Positions 8,800 to 18,035 of a stretch of DNA of 64,000 nt are shown piece by piece. Origin of the DNA: a virus (lineage: Duplodnaviria; Caudoviricetes); IMG/VR virus record IMGVR_UViG_3300049979_000170, positions 1 to 64,000 of that record. One strand, written 5' to 3'. Made by a program: the position numbers and the translations under genes. Below the pieces are notes generated by a model. The model made no database searches. It worked only from the letters and a program-made list of their open reading frames with translations, and was not told the origin of the DNA. Within the stretch, counting starts at the first letter, position 1, and each line of letters starts with the position of its first letter.

Positions 8800-9621
8800 T
8801 TACCAAGCCGAGTATCCAGGCGGAACAGTATACGTGAAGTTGGGGCCAAAGTTGGCAGTGACGGACGATGACGATCCGAACACTGAGGCCGCCGCCGACC
8901 CACCACTAACAGAGATCGGAATACCATGATCTGGATTCGTGCTGTCAGGAGGACCAAACAGCCACGTGCCATTCCGGCCAAACCAAGCCTTGAAACCATT
9001 CCAAGCCATCATAACGATATCGCCGTTACTGCCCGAGGATGCACGGTTATAATAATTGTTGTTTAAGATTAAGGCTCCCTCAGAGTTGTTGAAGCAAGGA
9101 AGTGACTTTTGGGTCAACGTTCCATTAGAATCAACGGCCAAGTTAGCAACACCAATGTATGTCTCACCAAATGATCGAAATTCTGCGTAGACCTTTTGGT
9201 TTGATCGGGTCGCAACGCTAAATGCGGTGACGCCGCTAAACGTCGTCGAGAGGGTCAACCCGCTGAGATTCCCCGTTGGCGTACGAGCAACATTCCAAGT
9301 GGTCGAAGCAGAAAGTGTCGTGAACGATACGGGGGATGAAGCCGCGCCCGCCCCATACTTGTTCTTCCCACGAACGCGAATCCCGTACGAGGTCGTCCCA
9401 GCAAGACCCGTGATGGTCCGATTCGCTGGAAGAGGAGACCAAGTTAGGCCATTGAACGAATACTCATACGTGGTATTTGGCGTTAGGACGAAATTAAGAG
9501 TTGCTGAACTCGCTGTAATAGCAGTCGCCGTAACCATGCCGATTGCGGCTGGTAAAACATTGAGAAGCTTTACGTTAATGCGTCCGGTCGGAGAAAATCC
9601 GCCAGTTATTTTTAGACTCAT
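8800..9621 (-). CDS. fibronectin type III + SPRY/B30.2-like protein, copy 2
   Basis: same N-terminus MSLKITGGFSPTGRINVKL, FN3 YGIRVRGKNKYG, SPRY-like GDIVMMAW...WFGRNGTW. Confidence 0.75.
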   Translation of the reverse strand: MSLKITGGFSPTGRINVKLLNVLPAAIGMVTATAITASSATLNFVLTPNTTYEYSFNGLTWSPLPANRTITGLAGTTSYGIRVRGKNKYGAGAASSPVSFTTLSASTTWNVARTPTGNLSGLTLSTTFSGVTAFSVATRSNQKVYAEFRSFGETYIGVANLAVDSNGTLTQKSLPCFNNSEGALILNNNYYNRASSGSNGDIVMMAWNGFKAWFGRNGTWLFGPPDSTNPDHGIPISVSGGSAAASVFGSSSSVTANFGPNFTYTVPPGYSAW

Positions 9622-9743
9622 AGTATTCTCCAAACAGGTGCAAATTATTTAAGTCAATATCGTAATCGCCAACTACATCCTTAATATGTTCAGGATATAG
9701 TTGGCAAATGGTATTTCTAACGCGACCGAATTGCCCTAAAATC

Positions 9744-10583
9744 TTACCAGCCAGCGTATCCCGCCGGGGGCGCGTAGGTGAATGGTGCAGTGAATTTCAT
9801 TGTAACGCTTGTGGTAGCATTCGGACAAGAGATCGCAGGATATACGTCGCCATCTGAGATGATGTAGTTGAACCCATCCGTATCCGTCGCAGGATTTCCA
9901 CGAATCCAAGTACCATTCCTACCAAACCAAATTTTGTCATTATACCAAGCGACCATCACTGTATCACCTGAATTAAACGGAGTTACATTAACAGTGGCAC
10001 TACCATTTTGATTGATAACTCCCGCAGTAGCGTAAAGCCAAATCGTTCGACCATCAGAAAATATTCCATCATTCGAAACCGTATTAGATTTCGACAAACC
10101 AATAATGACTGAATTCGTGATTCTTGCTTCAAAATACCCACGATATCCATTCGGACGACCCTTCGTCGCAAACGCAGACCTCCAATACCCTTGGTCGCCG
10201 ATACCAGTCGCGGTCAAGTTGCCATTAGACAAAGTCAAACCCGTACGGGTAGGGTCGAGCGTCAGAGGAACGAGAGACAACGTCGTAAGCGACACGGTCG
10301 AGGAAGGGCCGTATCCATAACGGTTCACCGCACGTACTCGCACGTTGTACGGGGTCGAGCCAGACAGACCCGTGATGACGCGATTCGCCGGGACCGGAAA
10401 CCACGTCGTGCCGTTCAACGAATACTCGTACGAGGTGTTCGGGGTGAGGACGTAGCTCAGCGTCGCCGTGGTCGCAGTGATCGCCGTCGCGGTGACCGTA
10501 CCAACCGTAAGAGGCAACACGTAGGTAAGCTTGACTCGGATTCTGCCCTTAGGCGAAAACCTACCTAGAATCTTGATACTCAT
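9744..10583 (-). CDS. fibronectin type III + SPRY/B30.2-like protein, copy 3
   Basis: YNVRVRAVNRYG; LTLSNGNLTAT...GYFEARI...GDTVMVAW...YPAIS. Confidence 0.75.
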   Translation of the reverse strand: MSIKILGRFSPKGRIRVKLTYVLPLTVGTVTATAITATTATLSYVLTPNTSYEYSLNGTTWFPVPANRVITGLSGSTPYNVRVRAVNRYGYGPSSTVSLTTLSLVPLTLDPTRTGLTLSNGNLTATGIGDQGYWRSAFATKGRPNGYRGYFEARITNSVIIGLSKSNTVSNDGIFSDGRTIWLYATAGVINQNGSATVNVTPFNSGDTVMVAWYNDKIWFGRNGTWIRGNPATDTDGFNYIISDGDVYPAISCPNATTSVTMKFTAPFTYAPPAGYAGW

Positions 10584-10658
10584 CTAATACTCCATCTGGA
10601 AATGAAGTATTTAGTGTAGTGTTAATAGGTGATTTTGACGATTTTATTATAGGGAAAT

Positions 10659-10733
10659 TGGAGCGGGCGACAGGGATCGAACCTGCGACGAACAGCTTGG
10701 AAGGCTGACACTCTACCGCTGAGTTACGCCCGC
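10659..10733 (-). tRNA. tRNA-Gly(TCC)
   Basis: GCGGGCG acceptor, anticodon loop CT-TCC-AA, GGTTCGA T-loop, encoded CCA. Confidence 0.95.
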
Positions 10734-10744
10734 ATCACTCTTAT

Positions 10745-11272
10745 TTATCCGACCGTACCACGAGGGTCAAGATTTTGTTTACGTCGCCCGTTGCTTTTCT
10801 CCCGCTTCATCGCACAGTTACCCCACGAATCGGTCTGGCGGTGGCAGTTCGGGCAGAGGAAGCGGAGATTCGAGGGGAAATTGTTCGCAGGATTGCCGTC
10901 GATATGGTCAACGTCAAGGGATAGAGGCTTACCGTTCCAGTCTTCGATTCCGCATTCCGCGCACGAGTATCCATCGCGTTCAGTTAGGAATTTAGAAAGA
11001 GTGCGTCGATCAGAAACTGATCCGGCTTCGATTTCTGATTTCTTTCTTGTCTTCCATAAGTAAAGCCATTGGCACTGATTGGAGCAATACATTTTTCCAG
11101 ATGACAGATACGCTTTGAATGGCTTGCTGCATTCTAAGCAAGAATAATCTAAGCGACTATTCCTTCGACTTCCTGGCGCATATGCTCCACCTTCAGAGTT
11201 ATGGACTCTGAGATGCGCATTTACGGCTTGAATTGATTTGAATTCTTTGGAGCAAACTGAACAATTGAACAC
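10745..11272 (-). CDS. HNH homing endonuclease with an N-terminal C2H2 zinc finger
   Basis: CSVC...HLRVH; CAECG...DVDHIDGNPANN..SNLRFLCPNCH; sits between tRNA genes, lower GC. Confidence 0.9.
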   Translation of the reverse strand: MFNCSVCSKEFKSIQAVNAHLRVHNSEGGAYAPGSRRNSRLDYSCLECSKPFKAYLSSGKMYCSNQCQWLYLWKTRKKSEIEAGSVSDRRTLSKFLTERDGYSCAECGIEDWNGKPLSLDVDHIDGNPANNFPSNLRFLCPNCHRQTDSWGNCAMKREKSNGRRKQNLDPRGTVG

Positions 11273-11332
11273 TGGAATATCTGCAATTAATATGCAGATA
11301 TTATCTCACTACTGTTTCAATTATTCAATAAA

Positions 11333-11407
11333 TGGTGCGCACGGCTGGGTTCGAACCAGCGGCTTCAACCATGTCAAGATTGCACTCTACCACTGAGTTA
11401 CGCGCGC
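11333..11407 (-). tRNA. tRNA-Val(GAC)
   Basis: cloverleaf, CAATC-TT-GAC-AT-GGTTG, CCA end. Confidence 0.95.
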
Positions 11408-11413
11408 ATTCGT

Positions 11414-11490
11414 TGGTTGGCCTGACTGGATTCGAACCAGTGACCTCAGTCTTATCAGGACTGCGCTACTACCAACTGAGCTACAGGCCA
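11414..11490 (-). tRNA. tRNA-Ile(GAT)
   Basis: cloverleaf, CAGTC-CT-GAT-AA-GACTG, CCA end. Confidence 0.95.
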
Positions 11491-11544
11491 TCACAACGAG
11501 ATTCTATTTACGCACACTCTCGAATTTCGTGCAACAAAAATCTT

Positions 11545-12315
11545 TCAGCGATCCACAGAATGCCAGGACACGTACCGGTGGATAGCGGCGAGCCATGCTG
11601 GGAACGCAGCGAGGAACGCCACATCCTGATCCAGCGGGGCATCGGACTTGCGTGCGATCACCTGGGGATACTTCTCAAAGTGTCCACCCACGTACAGAAC
11701 CTCGACCGAACTCCATCCCTGTTCGACCGCGAGGATCACGTCGGACTTCTGGAGGTCGCCGTTGTGGACAAATCCCTCGATCATTCCCTGGAGGGTTTCC
11801 ATCGTCCCGGTCACGTCGTCGAGGTGTTCGATTGGCGGGGCCTGACGCTTGCTTGCACCGCCTGGGAGGCCCTTGGTCTCGGCCGGAGCCGTGTACACGT
11901 ACAGGTGGGTGACCGTGTGGTCGTTGCGGCGCGCTCTGTCTCCGGTCGGCCATGTCCGCTTCGGAGCGGGTGGGCGATCTCCGGCCATCTTCGAGCGCAT
12001 CCAGTCGCGACCACCCTGGGCCATATCGGCGCCTGAGGGGGCGGAATCACCGTTGGTGATCGATCCGGAGAATCCGGCCTTGATCACGTCGTAGGCTGCG
12101 TTAACTTCTGCTGCGGCGTTTCCGTCGCCCCCTGCATCGGGGTGATTCGCCTTGTTCACGGACAGGCGGAACTGCTTTAGGTAGGATGGGTCGCCCATCC
12201 GCTCGGCGTCCGCACCATGCGCGGTGAACACCGCTGCGGCCTGCTGCGGAGTAAGGGCTTCGGCCAGCTTGAGGCGGCCGGACAGTTCAAGCAGACGTAG
12301 GAGCGAAAAGGACAT
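11545..12315 (-). CDS. J-domain (DnaJ-like) protein
   Basis: FRLSVNKANHPDAGGDGNAAAEVNAAYDVIK (HPD motif and helix III); TAAATA 4 nt upstream of ATG. Confidence 0.75.
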   Translation of the reverse strand: MSFSLLRLLELSGRLKLAEALTPQQAAAVFTAHGADAERMGDPSYLKQFRLSVNKANHPDAGGDGNAAAEVNAAYDVIKAGFSGSITNGDSAPSGADMAQGGRDWMRSKMAGDRPPAPKRTWPTGDRARRNDHTVTHLYVYTAPAETKGLPGGASKRQAPPIEHLDDVTGTMETLQGMIEGFVHNGDLQKSDVILAVEQGWSSVEVLYVGGHFEKYPQVIARKSDAPLDQDVAFLAAFPAWLAAIHRYVSWHSVDR

Positions 12316-12414
12316 GCGTTATTTATGTTTTTGGTTCCATGATTCGTGAGACGAAATTCGTTTGACCTTCTCACGGAACATGGCACGATCGATGGTCATT
12401 TAAAGGTAGAACCC

Positions 12415-13383
12415 ATGATCCCCGCCGTCGTCTACACGTCCGACAACGCGTGCCACCAGCATGTTCGAAGGCTGATCGAGGAGCATGCGGGGGATTACAC
12501 CAACCCGATGCAGCACCTGATCAAGATGGTGAGGCCGCTGATCCGTCAGTATGCGAGCCGCAAGAAGGCGAGGCGGGGTGAGGTGTTCCCGGCGATGCGG
12601 GAGCTACACGAGAAGCTTCAGGCGTCGCCCAGCGTGATTCACGCGGATTTTCACACTCACATGCAGAGCCGCCTCAGCGCGAACGAGTCGTTCGAAATTG
12701 GATTCCTTCAGACGGCCAGACCAGAACATAGGCTTGCCCTGGAAGTGATGTATGGGCGGATCAAGACCAGTCGCACCGCCATGAGCATGGCGACGGGATC
12801 AACCAAATTTATTGTGACCGAGCATGTTTTGAATCGCTACATGCGTCGTGAGCGAAAGCCGCCCTCGGAGTTCTTCGCGCAGCTACAGCCTGCCCTTCAC
12901 ATGGCGTATACGATGGGCCTTGGCGCGTTGAGCAAGGATCGGAACGAGATCATCCTACCTCATGGGGATGGTCTTCTTCTTGGGTATGCCTATTGGTCGA
13001 AGGCTGAACAGGGAGAAGAAATTACCGAGGTGCTGTTTTCAGTAGATAACGCCGAGCTTCGTGGGGCCAAGTGCGTGAAGCGCCAAGGACCAATCAGCAA
13101 ATGTGTGCCACAGTTTGAAATCAGCACATATTTGAGTTCTGACGATCTTCTTGCGGCCAAAGAAGCGGTTCGAGACATGTTAAAAAAATACTACGCTGAA
13201 TATCAGATGACCTTACAAGAGGCTTTTGACGGAATTCTGTTGCAACGTGGTGCTCATGCGAGTTCTGAGGAGTTGATCGCCTGTATCCGCGCGGGAAAAG
13301 CTTTGCTTGATACTCCACAGTGGGACCGCTACCTGAACCTGCGTGAGCGAAATTCATGGTCTGAGTATGCGGAGAGCGCTTGA
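12415..13383 (+). CDS. hypothetical protein
   Basis: long ORF, AAGG RBS, overlaps the next gene. Confidence 0.8.
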   Translation: MIPAVVYTSDNACHQHVRRLIEEHAGDYTNPMQHLIKMVRPLIRQYASRKKARRGEVFPAMRELHEKLQASPSVIHADFHTHMQSRLSANESFEIGFLQTARPEHRLALEVMYGRIKTSRTAMSMATGSTKFIVTEHVLNRYMRRERKPPSEFFAQLQPALHMAYTMGLGALSKDRNEIILPHGDGLLLGYAYWSKAEQGEEITEVLFSVDNAELRGAKCVKRQGPISKCVPQFEISTYLSSDDLLAAKEAVRDMLKKYYAEYQMTLQEAFDGILLQRGAHASSEELIACIRAGKALLDTPQWDRYLNLRERNSWSEYAESA

Positions 13384-13433
13384 CGTTCTCACGAATAGGT
13401 GTATGGTGGGTCCATCAGTTAAGGGGACCCGCC

Positions 13434-13760
13434 ATGCAGCTTCGCCTCGAACAGTACAACGACAACACCACTAGCATTCGTGAGGCGATTGCCTCGCTGA
13501 TCGGTTGCCGGGACAACGAGGTGGCCAACGAGGCGCAAATCCTGCGCCGGGTTCTGCACACGCATCGCAACGACACGTTGCTGCGTCGGAAGCCGGAGGC
13601 GATCGAGCGCCGCGCCGCCATGGTGGCCCGTGCGGAAGAGGCCCTGAGCGCTCGGACGATTGCGGCGGCGAACGCCCTCGTCAACGCGACGCAGAAACAT
13701 TTTCAGGCGGTCGGTGATGCGTCGGCCAAGTCTCTCCTCGAAATGATGAAGAGGGCCTAA
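13434..13760 (+). CDS. hypothetical protein
   Basis: AAGGGG RBS before the ATG at 13434. Confidence 0.7.
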   Translation: MQLRLEQYNDNTTSIREAIASLIGCRDNEVANEAQILRRVLHTHRNDTLLRRKPEAIERRAAMVARAEEALSARTIAAANALVNATQKHFQAVGDASAKSLLEMMKRA

Positions 13761-13763
13761 GCG

Positions 13764-13919
13764 ATGCGCTGCGTGATCGCGTACAAATGGTCCGAGACCG
13801 ACCGGGGTATCTGCTCGGTCGAGTTCGCTGTCACCTCGGAGACCGACGTGCATATCGAGGCGGAGCGGACGCGCCTGATCGAAAAAGGCATGCACATCGT
13901 CCACGTTCGATTTTGGTGA
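13764..13919 (+). CDS. small hypothetical protein (51 aa, MRCVIAYKW...)
   Basis: fills the operon gap, GAGG RBS; below the ORF-track cutoff. Confidence 0.55.
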   Translation: MRCVIAYKWSETDRGICSVEFAVTSETDVHIEAERTRLIEKGMHIVHVRFW

Positions 13920-13923
13920 CCTG

Positions 13924-14307
13924 ATGAAACCGCAACCCGTCTCGGTCGAGCAATTCCACGCCCTCCTGAAGGGTGAGACCACCGTGGAAGATATCCGCCA
14001 AAAGCGGATCGAGCGGCAGCAGCGGCGTGCGGCGGCCAAGCTCCAGCAGGCGTTCGAGGAATTCTACCGACATCGCTCGACCCCGTACTTGCTCAACGCG
14101 CTTCGGCGGAATCGTCTCGAACGGATGCGCGACATGGAATGGGAAAGTCTTTCCCTGACCGCGAAACAGGAGTCCGATGCGCGATGGTGGGCGGTGAAGA
14201 AGATTCTCGCGACCCGCCCGCATCATCTGAAAAAGCCTGAGCGTCTGGCGCTACGGCGAGCGAATGCGCTGGCCAATCGCGGCTTGGGGAAGGCCAAGAA
14301 CCGATGA
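13924..14307 (+). CDS. basic hypothetical protein
   Basis: ATGA-coupled to the next gene. Confidence 0.7.
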   Translation: MKPQPVSVEQFHALLKGETTVEDIRQKRIERQQRRAAAKLQQAFEEFYRHRSTPYLLNALRRNRLERMRDMEWESLSLTAKQESDARWWAVKKILATRPHHLKKPERLALRRANALANRGLGKAKNR

Positions 14308-14606
14308 GCGGGGCGGAGCGAATCTTCCCCGATCAATTCACTGAGCTTTTCCCAGGGTTTGATGTGAATCGACAGAACATCGAGGCGACCAGTTGGTCCG
14401 TCCTGCATGTGCGGGGCAAGCTTCTGGACGAGGCGTTCGACAGTCGGTCTCTGACTAGGGGGTTTGACGCCTGGGTGAGCGAACACTGTACGGGGCGATA
14501 CTTCGTCTCGTATTGGCTCCCTGATCTGAACAACGATCAGGCCACCCTAGTGGTGTGCTTCGAAGACGCAACCTCGGCGATGAACGTGCGCATGCGTTGG
14601 ACCTGA
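14304..14606 (+). CDS. FKMRW-motif small protein
   Basis: AWVSEHCTG...CFEDATSAMNVRMRWT. Confidence 0.85.
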   Translation: MSGAERIFPDQFTELFPGFDVNRQNIEATSWSVLHVRGKLLDEAFDSRSLTRGFDAWVSEHCTGRYFVSYWLPDLNNDQATLVVCFEDATSAMNVRMRWT

Positions 14607-14704
14607 ATACAACAATGGAGAGTTCCAATGGTAGAAATCAAGAACCGCTCCACTCTGGTCAAGATTGAGGATCACCCGACAACCCTGGGCGGCGGGCTCC
14701 TCGT

Positions 14705-15028
14705 ATGACCGCTCAGGCTCTGACGAAACAGCAGATGAAGCAGCAGAAGAGGAGACGAGGCCGCCCTATGGTGCGCGCGGTGATCCCATCGGACCCGATC
14801 GAGCGTCAGTCAACCGCATACATGTGCCAACTCGCCAAAATTCCGGCGGGGCAGGATTTTGTGGCATCGATGCGTTTTGCCCTGAAACAGCGCAGGCTCG
14901 AATTGCTCCAGCAGATCGAGCAAATCGATGAGGCGGACGCGGTGCTCCAGAAGAACCTGTTTTGGATGATCCGTGCCCGTGCTCGATCGAAACAAGTGCG
15001 CGAGAAGATCATGAGGGCACGGCCATGA
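14705..15028 (+). CDS. hypothetical protein
   Basis: ATGA-coupled to the next gene. Confidence 0.7.
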   Translation: MTAQALTKQQMKQQKRRRGRPMVRAVIPSDPIERQSTAYMCQLAKIPAGQDFVASMRFALKQRRLELLQQIEQIDEADAVLQKNLFWMIRARARSKQVREKIMRARP

Positions 15029-15366
15029 GAATCGCCCGTACAGCCCCGGATAGAGAAATTCTGGCCACGCGTCGCTGGGTATGGCTCAACGGCGCCCTGA
15101 GCCACGTGGTGAGGCTGGAGAGGCCATCCAAGGACACCTACGAGCCGGACTTCGCCGCGCCCCGCTCCAATTGGTGCCGTGAGGAGTTCGGTGAGTCCTG
15201 CCTATCCTCGGAGTACGCGTTCGACCACGTCGCTCTGAAGACCTCTCGGATGAACACCGAGGGAGTCTGGGCGTACGTCGAAGGGGTGTGGCGGTTCAAA
15301 CACGCGACTGCCGCGTTCGTGTTCAAGATGCGCTGGTGGGGCGACAACCAACTGGATCGGTCCTGA
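15025..15366 (+). CDS. FKMRW-motif small protein
   Basis: NWCREEFG...FKHATAAFVFKMRWW. Confidence 0.85.
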   Translation: MRIARTAPDREILATRRWVWLNGALSHVVRLERPSKDTYEPDFAAPRSNWCREEFGESCLSSEYAFDHVALKTSRMNTEGVWAYVEGVWRFKHATAAFVFKMRWWGDNQLDRS

Positions 15367-15620
15367 TGGGGTATTCGGTCCAGTTTCCTCCGGCGATCTG
15401 TTTCGATCACTCCGTTCGGTGGCGGAAACGCCCAAAGTTCGTGGACGATCTCGCCCGCCGGGATGCGAAGCTTTGGTGCACCGAACGATTCGGTCCGGAA
15501 CTATCCAAGGAAGAAGTTCGGCAGGGCGCGCTCGTTACCGCGATATGGCGGGCGACGTGGCAGGGCTTCCATTTTCTCCGCCCCGAACACGCTTTCGAAT
15601 TCAAAATGGTCTGGGGCTGA
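15366..15620 (+). CDS. FKMRW-motif small protein
   Basis: LWCTERFG...FLRPEHAFEFKMVWG. Confidence 0.85.
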   Translation: MGYSVQFPPAICFDHSVRWRKRPKFVDDLARRDAKLWCTERFGPELSKEEVRQGALVTAIWRATWQGFHFLRPEHAFEFKMVWG

Positions 15621-15850
15621 TGGCGATCGATCTGAATCGAAATCCTACGATGCGAAGGATCGACAATCCGCATGTCGTTGTGATTCTCCATGCGATATCA
15701 AACACGGAAATCAGAGATATGCGCGAATGGTGCACTGAGTCGAAAAATGCCGGTTTCTTTCTGTACTACTTCGACAAATCTCGTCAAGGCATGGTGTTTG
15801 TGTTCAGCCATGAGAACGTCGCGTTCGAATTCAAGATGAGGTGGGGTTGA
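15620..15850 (+). CDS. FKMRW-motif small protein
   Basis: MREWCTE...FSHENVAFEFKMRWG. Confidence 0.85.
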   Translation: MAIDLNRNPTMRRIDNPHVVVILHAISNTEIRDMREWCTESKNAGFFLYYFDKSRQGMVFVFSHENVAFEFKMRWG

Positions 15851-16068
15851 TGGCTACGCAATCGAGTGAACTCACCCTGAAGCTCGACCTCGGTCGGGAC
15901 GCCTATCCGTTGGTCATCCGCAACGCTCTGGATTGGCTCGATGCCTTGCACTGGATTCTTGATTCGTCACGCCCAGGTCGATTCTCGTATGAACGCCACG
16001 TTGCCGGATGGACTTTCTACGTGACTGACCCCGATACAGCGGTTGAGTTCCGCATGCGGTGGTGCTGA
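15850..16068 (+). CDS. FKMRW-motif small protein
   Basis: ends VTDPDTAVEFRMRWC. Confidence 0.85.
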   Translation: MATQSSELTLKLDLGRDAYPLVIRNALDWLDALHWILDSSRPGRFSYERHVAGWTFYVTDPDTAVEFRMRWC

Positions 16069-16146
16069 TTAAAGACTCTCGCTTGGAGTAAGACTTCCCG
16101 ATCCATTAGGTATCCCACGTAGAACCTTTATTGCATAAATAAGGCC

Positions 16147-17037
16147 ATGTCAGACATGCGCCATATCATCAACATCTTGAATGAGAGCCAAGTGCTCGAC
16201 GAGATGCCGATCGCTCACCACCAGACCGTGGGCAACTTCGACAAGAATTCGTCCTTCCGTCACCCGGAGGATCGCAAGATTGTCACCTCGCCCAAAGCCG
16301 TGGCCAAGCTTCACAAGAAGTTCGCCAATAACGAGTTCGACTTCGGCATGTTCTTCGTGAACTCGCCGGAAGCGAACCGCCACACTGAGGTCGGCCGGGT
16401 CGATGCCGCCTGGATGGAGCAGAACATGCCCAAGGCATGGACAGAGATCGCTCCGAACGTGAACCCGAATTCGATCAACATCGTCTTCACCAACAATAAG
16501 GGCTCAGAGCGCTACCCGATGACCCCCTGGATCATCGCGCATCGCCTTGGCCACGTGTTCTACGCGGCAGGCCGCCGATCGCCTGGGGCGGTCCTCTGGG
16601 CTGAAGCGGAGAAGACCGCGAACGAATACACGGAATCCCTGCTGAAGCTGTTTGGCGTGACTTCGCCCCGTTCGCGTGGATACGGTGGCGGATACGGCGG
16701 ATATGGTCGCGACGACTACAAGCAGACCCAGGCGTACGATCAGTACAAGCGCCGCCTCTATCACGGCATCGGCACGATGAAGTCGGCCCGCGACAACAAC
16801 CTGCGCAACCCACACGAATTCCTGCACGAGATGCTTGCGCAGTACCTGACCACGGGCTCGATCAAGTTCCAGCCGATCAACCAGATCATCGACGGATACG
16901 CCTGGGGCAAGCCGCAGTACCGTGGCACGCGCGATGCCGAGGAAGTCGCCCATCTGCTTCAGTCGTTCGAGAACGACATGAACTACCACATCGAGAACAT
17001 CCTGCATCAGGCTGTTGGCTCGCTGTTCGTGATGTGA
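16147..17037 (+). CDS. late-expressed protein with a zincin-like HxxxH motif
   Basis: TAAATA-N5-ATG; WIIAHRLGH and HEFLHEMLAQ. Confidence 0.6.
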   Translation: MSDMRHIINILNESQVLDEMPIAHHQTVGNFDKNSSFRHPEDRKIVTSPKAVAKLHKKFANNEFDFGMFFVNSPEANRHTEVGRVDAAWMEQNMPKAWTEIAPNVNPNSINIVFTNNKGSERYPMTPWIIAHRLGHVFYAAGRRSPGAVLWAEAEKTANEYTESLLKLFGVTSPRSRGYGGGYGGYGRDDYKQTQAYDQYKRRLYHGIGTMKSARDNNLRNPHEFLHEMLAQYLTTGSIKFQPINQIIDGYAWGKPQYRGTRDAEEVAHLLQSFENDMNYHIENILHQAVGSLFVM

Positions 17038-17468
17038 TGCGGTACCGCGAGCTTCTAGAAGGTCGAATCTTCCCCCTCGGCAAATCCGAGGAACAACTCA
17101 TAGAGATGTTCATGGAAGGCCAGTGCTGGTCCCTGGCCATCGCTCACCACCGCCGCTACGGCTGGCCAATCTTCGTCCTGGGCGGGTACGAGGACGAGAA
17201 CGAGCGGGACAATTGGGAGACTATCACGTTCTACCACGTGATGATTCGCCATCCCTCGGGTCCTGCGCTCGATATCAAAGGACCGCAGGACGTATCTGAG
17301 TTGATGCAAGAATGGCCCGACGCGGAATTCCTCCCCCTGACGGAGAATCAGTTGGTCAAGCTGTTCCGGAACCCCGAGATGGCACCTAAACCGGCAGAGA
17401 TCGACTTCGCCGGAAAGGTGATCGACTACTACATGAAGAAGAAGTACCCATCCTTATACCAGGGATAG
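17037..17468 (+). CDS. hypothetical protein, possible Cys-His-Asp (papain/transglutaminase-like) fold
   Basis: MRYRELLE N-terminus; GQCWSLA...YHV...LDIKG. Confidence 0.5.
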   Translation: MRYRELLEGRIFPLGKSEEQLIEMFMEGQCWSLAIAHHRRYGWPIFVLGGYEDENERDNWETITFYHVMIRHPSGPALDIKGPQDVSELMQEWPDAEFLPLTENQLVKLFRNPEMAPKPAEIDFAGKVIDYYMKKKYPSLYQG

Positions 17469-18035
17469 GGCACCACGAAGCTCGGTGGCCTGCGCCTCGA
17501 CCATCTTGAGCAGGTCTTCCATGAAGGCGCGATCATGCAGACGAGGCCCACCGTGGTCGGTACCAACGTACTTGATCTCGCCATCGTGGCGGATCACCGC
17601 GTACTCGTTGTCCATCTCCCAGCCCACGTGGGCGACCGAAATGATCTTGATCAGTTCGAATTCCGAATTTCTATTCAGAACGCGGCGAATCAGTTTCAGC
17701 ATACGCTCGTTCGCAATATCTTTCTGCTCGCGATCGATGAACGCGTCGCGATGCTCGTAGTAGGCGTCATGGAACTCCTGCCCCATCACGTGGCAGAAGT
17801 CGTCTCCGACAGGCACGGCGTCGTAGAACGCCTGGGCGAACTCGATGCACGCGGTATAGTCGGTGAACTCGGTCGGACTGAATGACCGGAGCGGACGCCC
17901 CAGCACGAGAAAGTCACCGAGGGCGACGCCATTGATCTGATGTTCCAGGCCGTAGACGGTGTTGTCGGGCATCGGAATGTCTCCTGATAATTTCACTAAT
18001 ATACACCGATACGGTACAACGTCAACACGGTTCAA
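17454..18035 (-). CDS. hypothetical protein
   Basis: 193 aa, coupled to the upstream gene. Confidence 0.7.
   Translation of the reverse strand: MNRVDVVPYRCILVKLSGDIPMPDNTVYGLEHQINGVALGDFLVLGRPLRSFSPTEFTDYTACIEFAQAFYDAVPVGDDFCHVMGQEFHDAYYEHRDAFIDREQKDIANERMLKLIRRVLNRNSEFELIKIISVAHVGWEMDNEYAVIRHDGEIKYVGTDHGGPRLHDRAFMEDLLKMVEAQATELRGALSLV

Noticed and set aside
7835-10583. Diversity-generating retroelement acting on the FN3-SPRY or FKMRW genes
   Set aside because: No reverse transcriptase in the window, and no near-identical TR/VR pair differing only at adenines was seen.
11332-12036. ORFs overlapping tRNA genes (11332-12036, 23630-24190, 24094-24279, 24256-24438, 24507-24743)
   Set aside because: They are antisense or overlapping translations of tRNA/ncRNA sequence or of real genes on the other strand.
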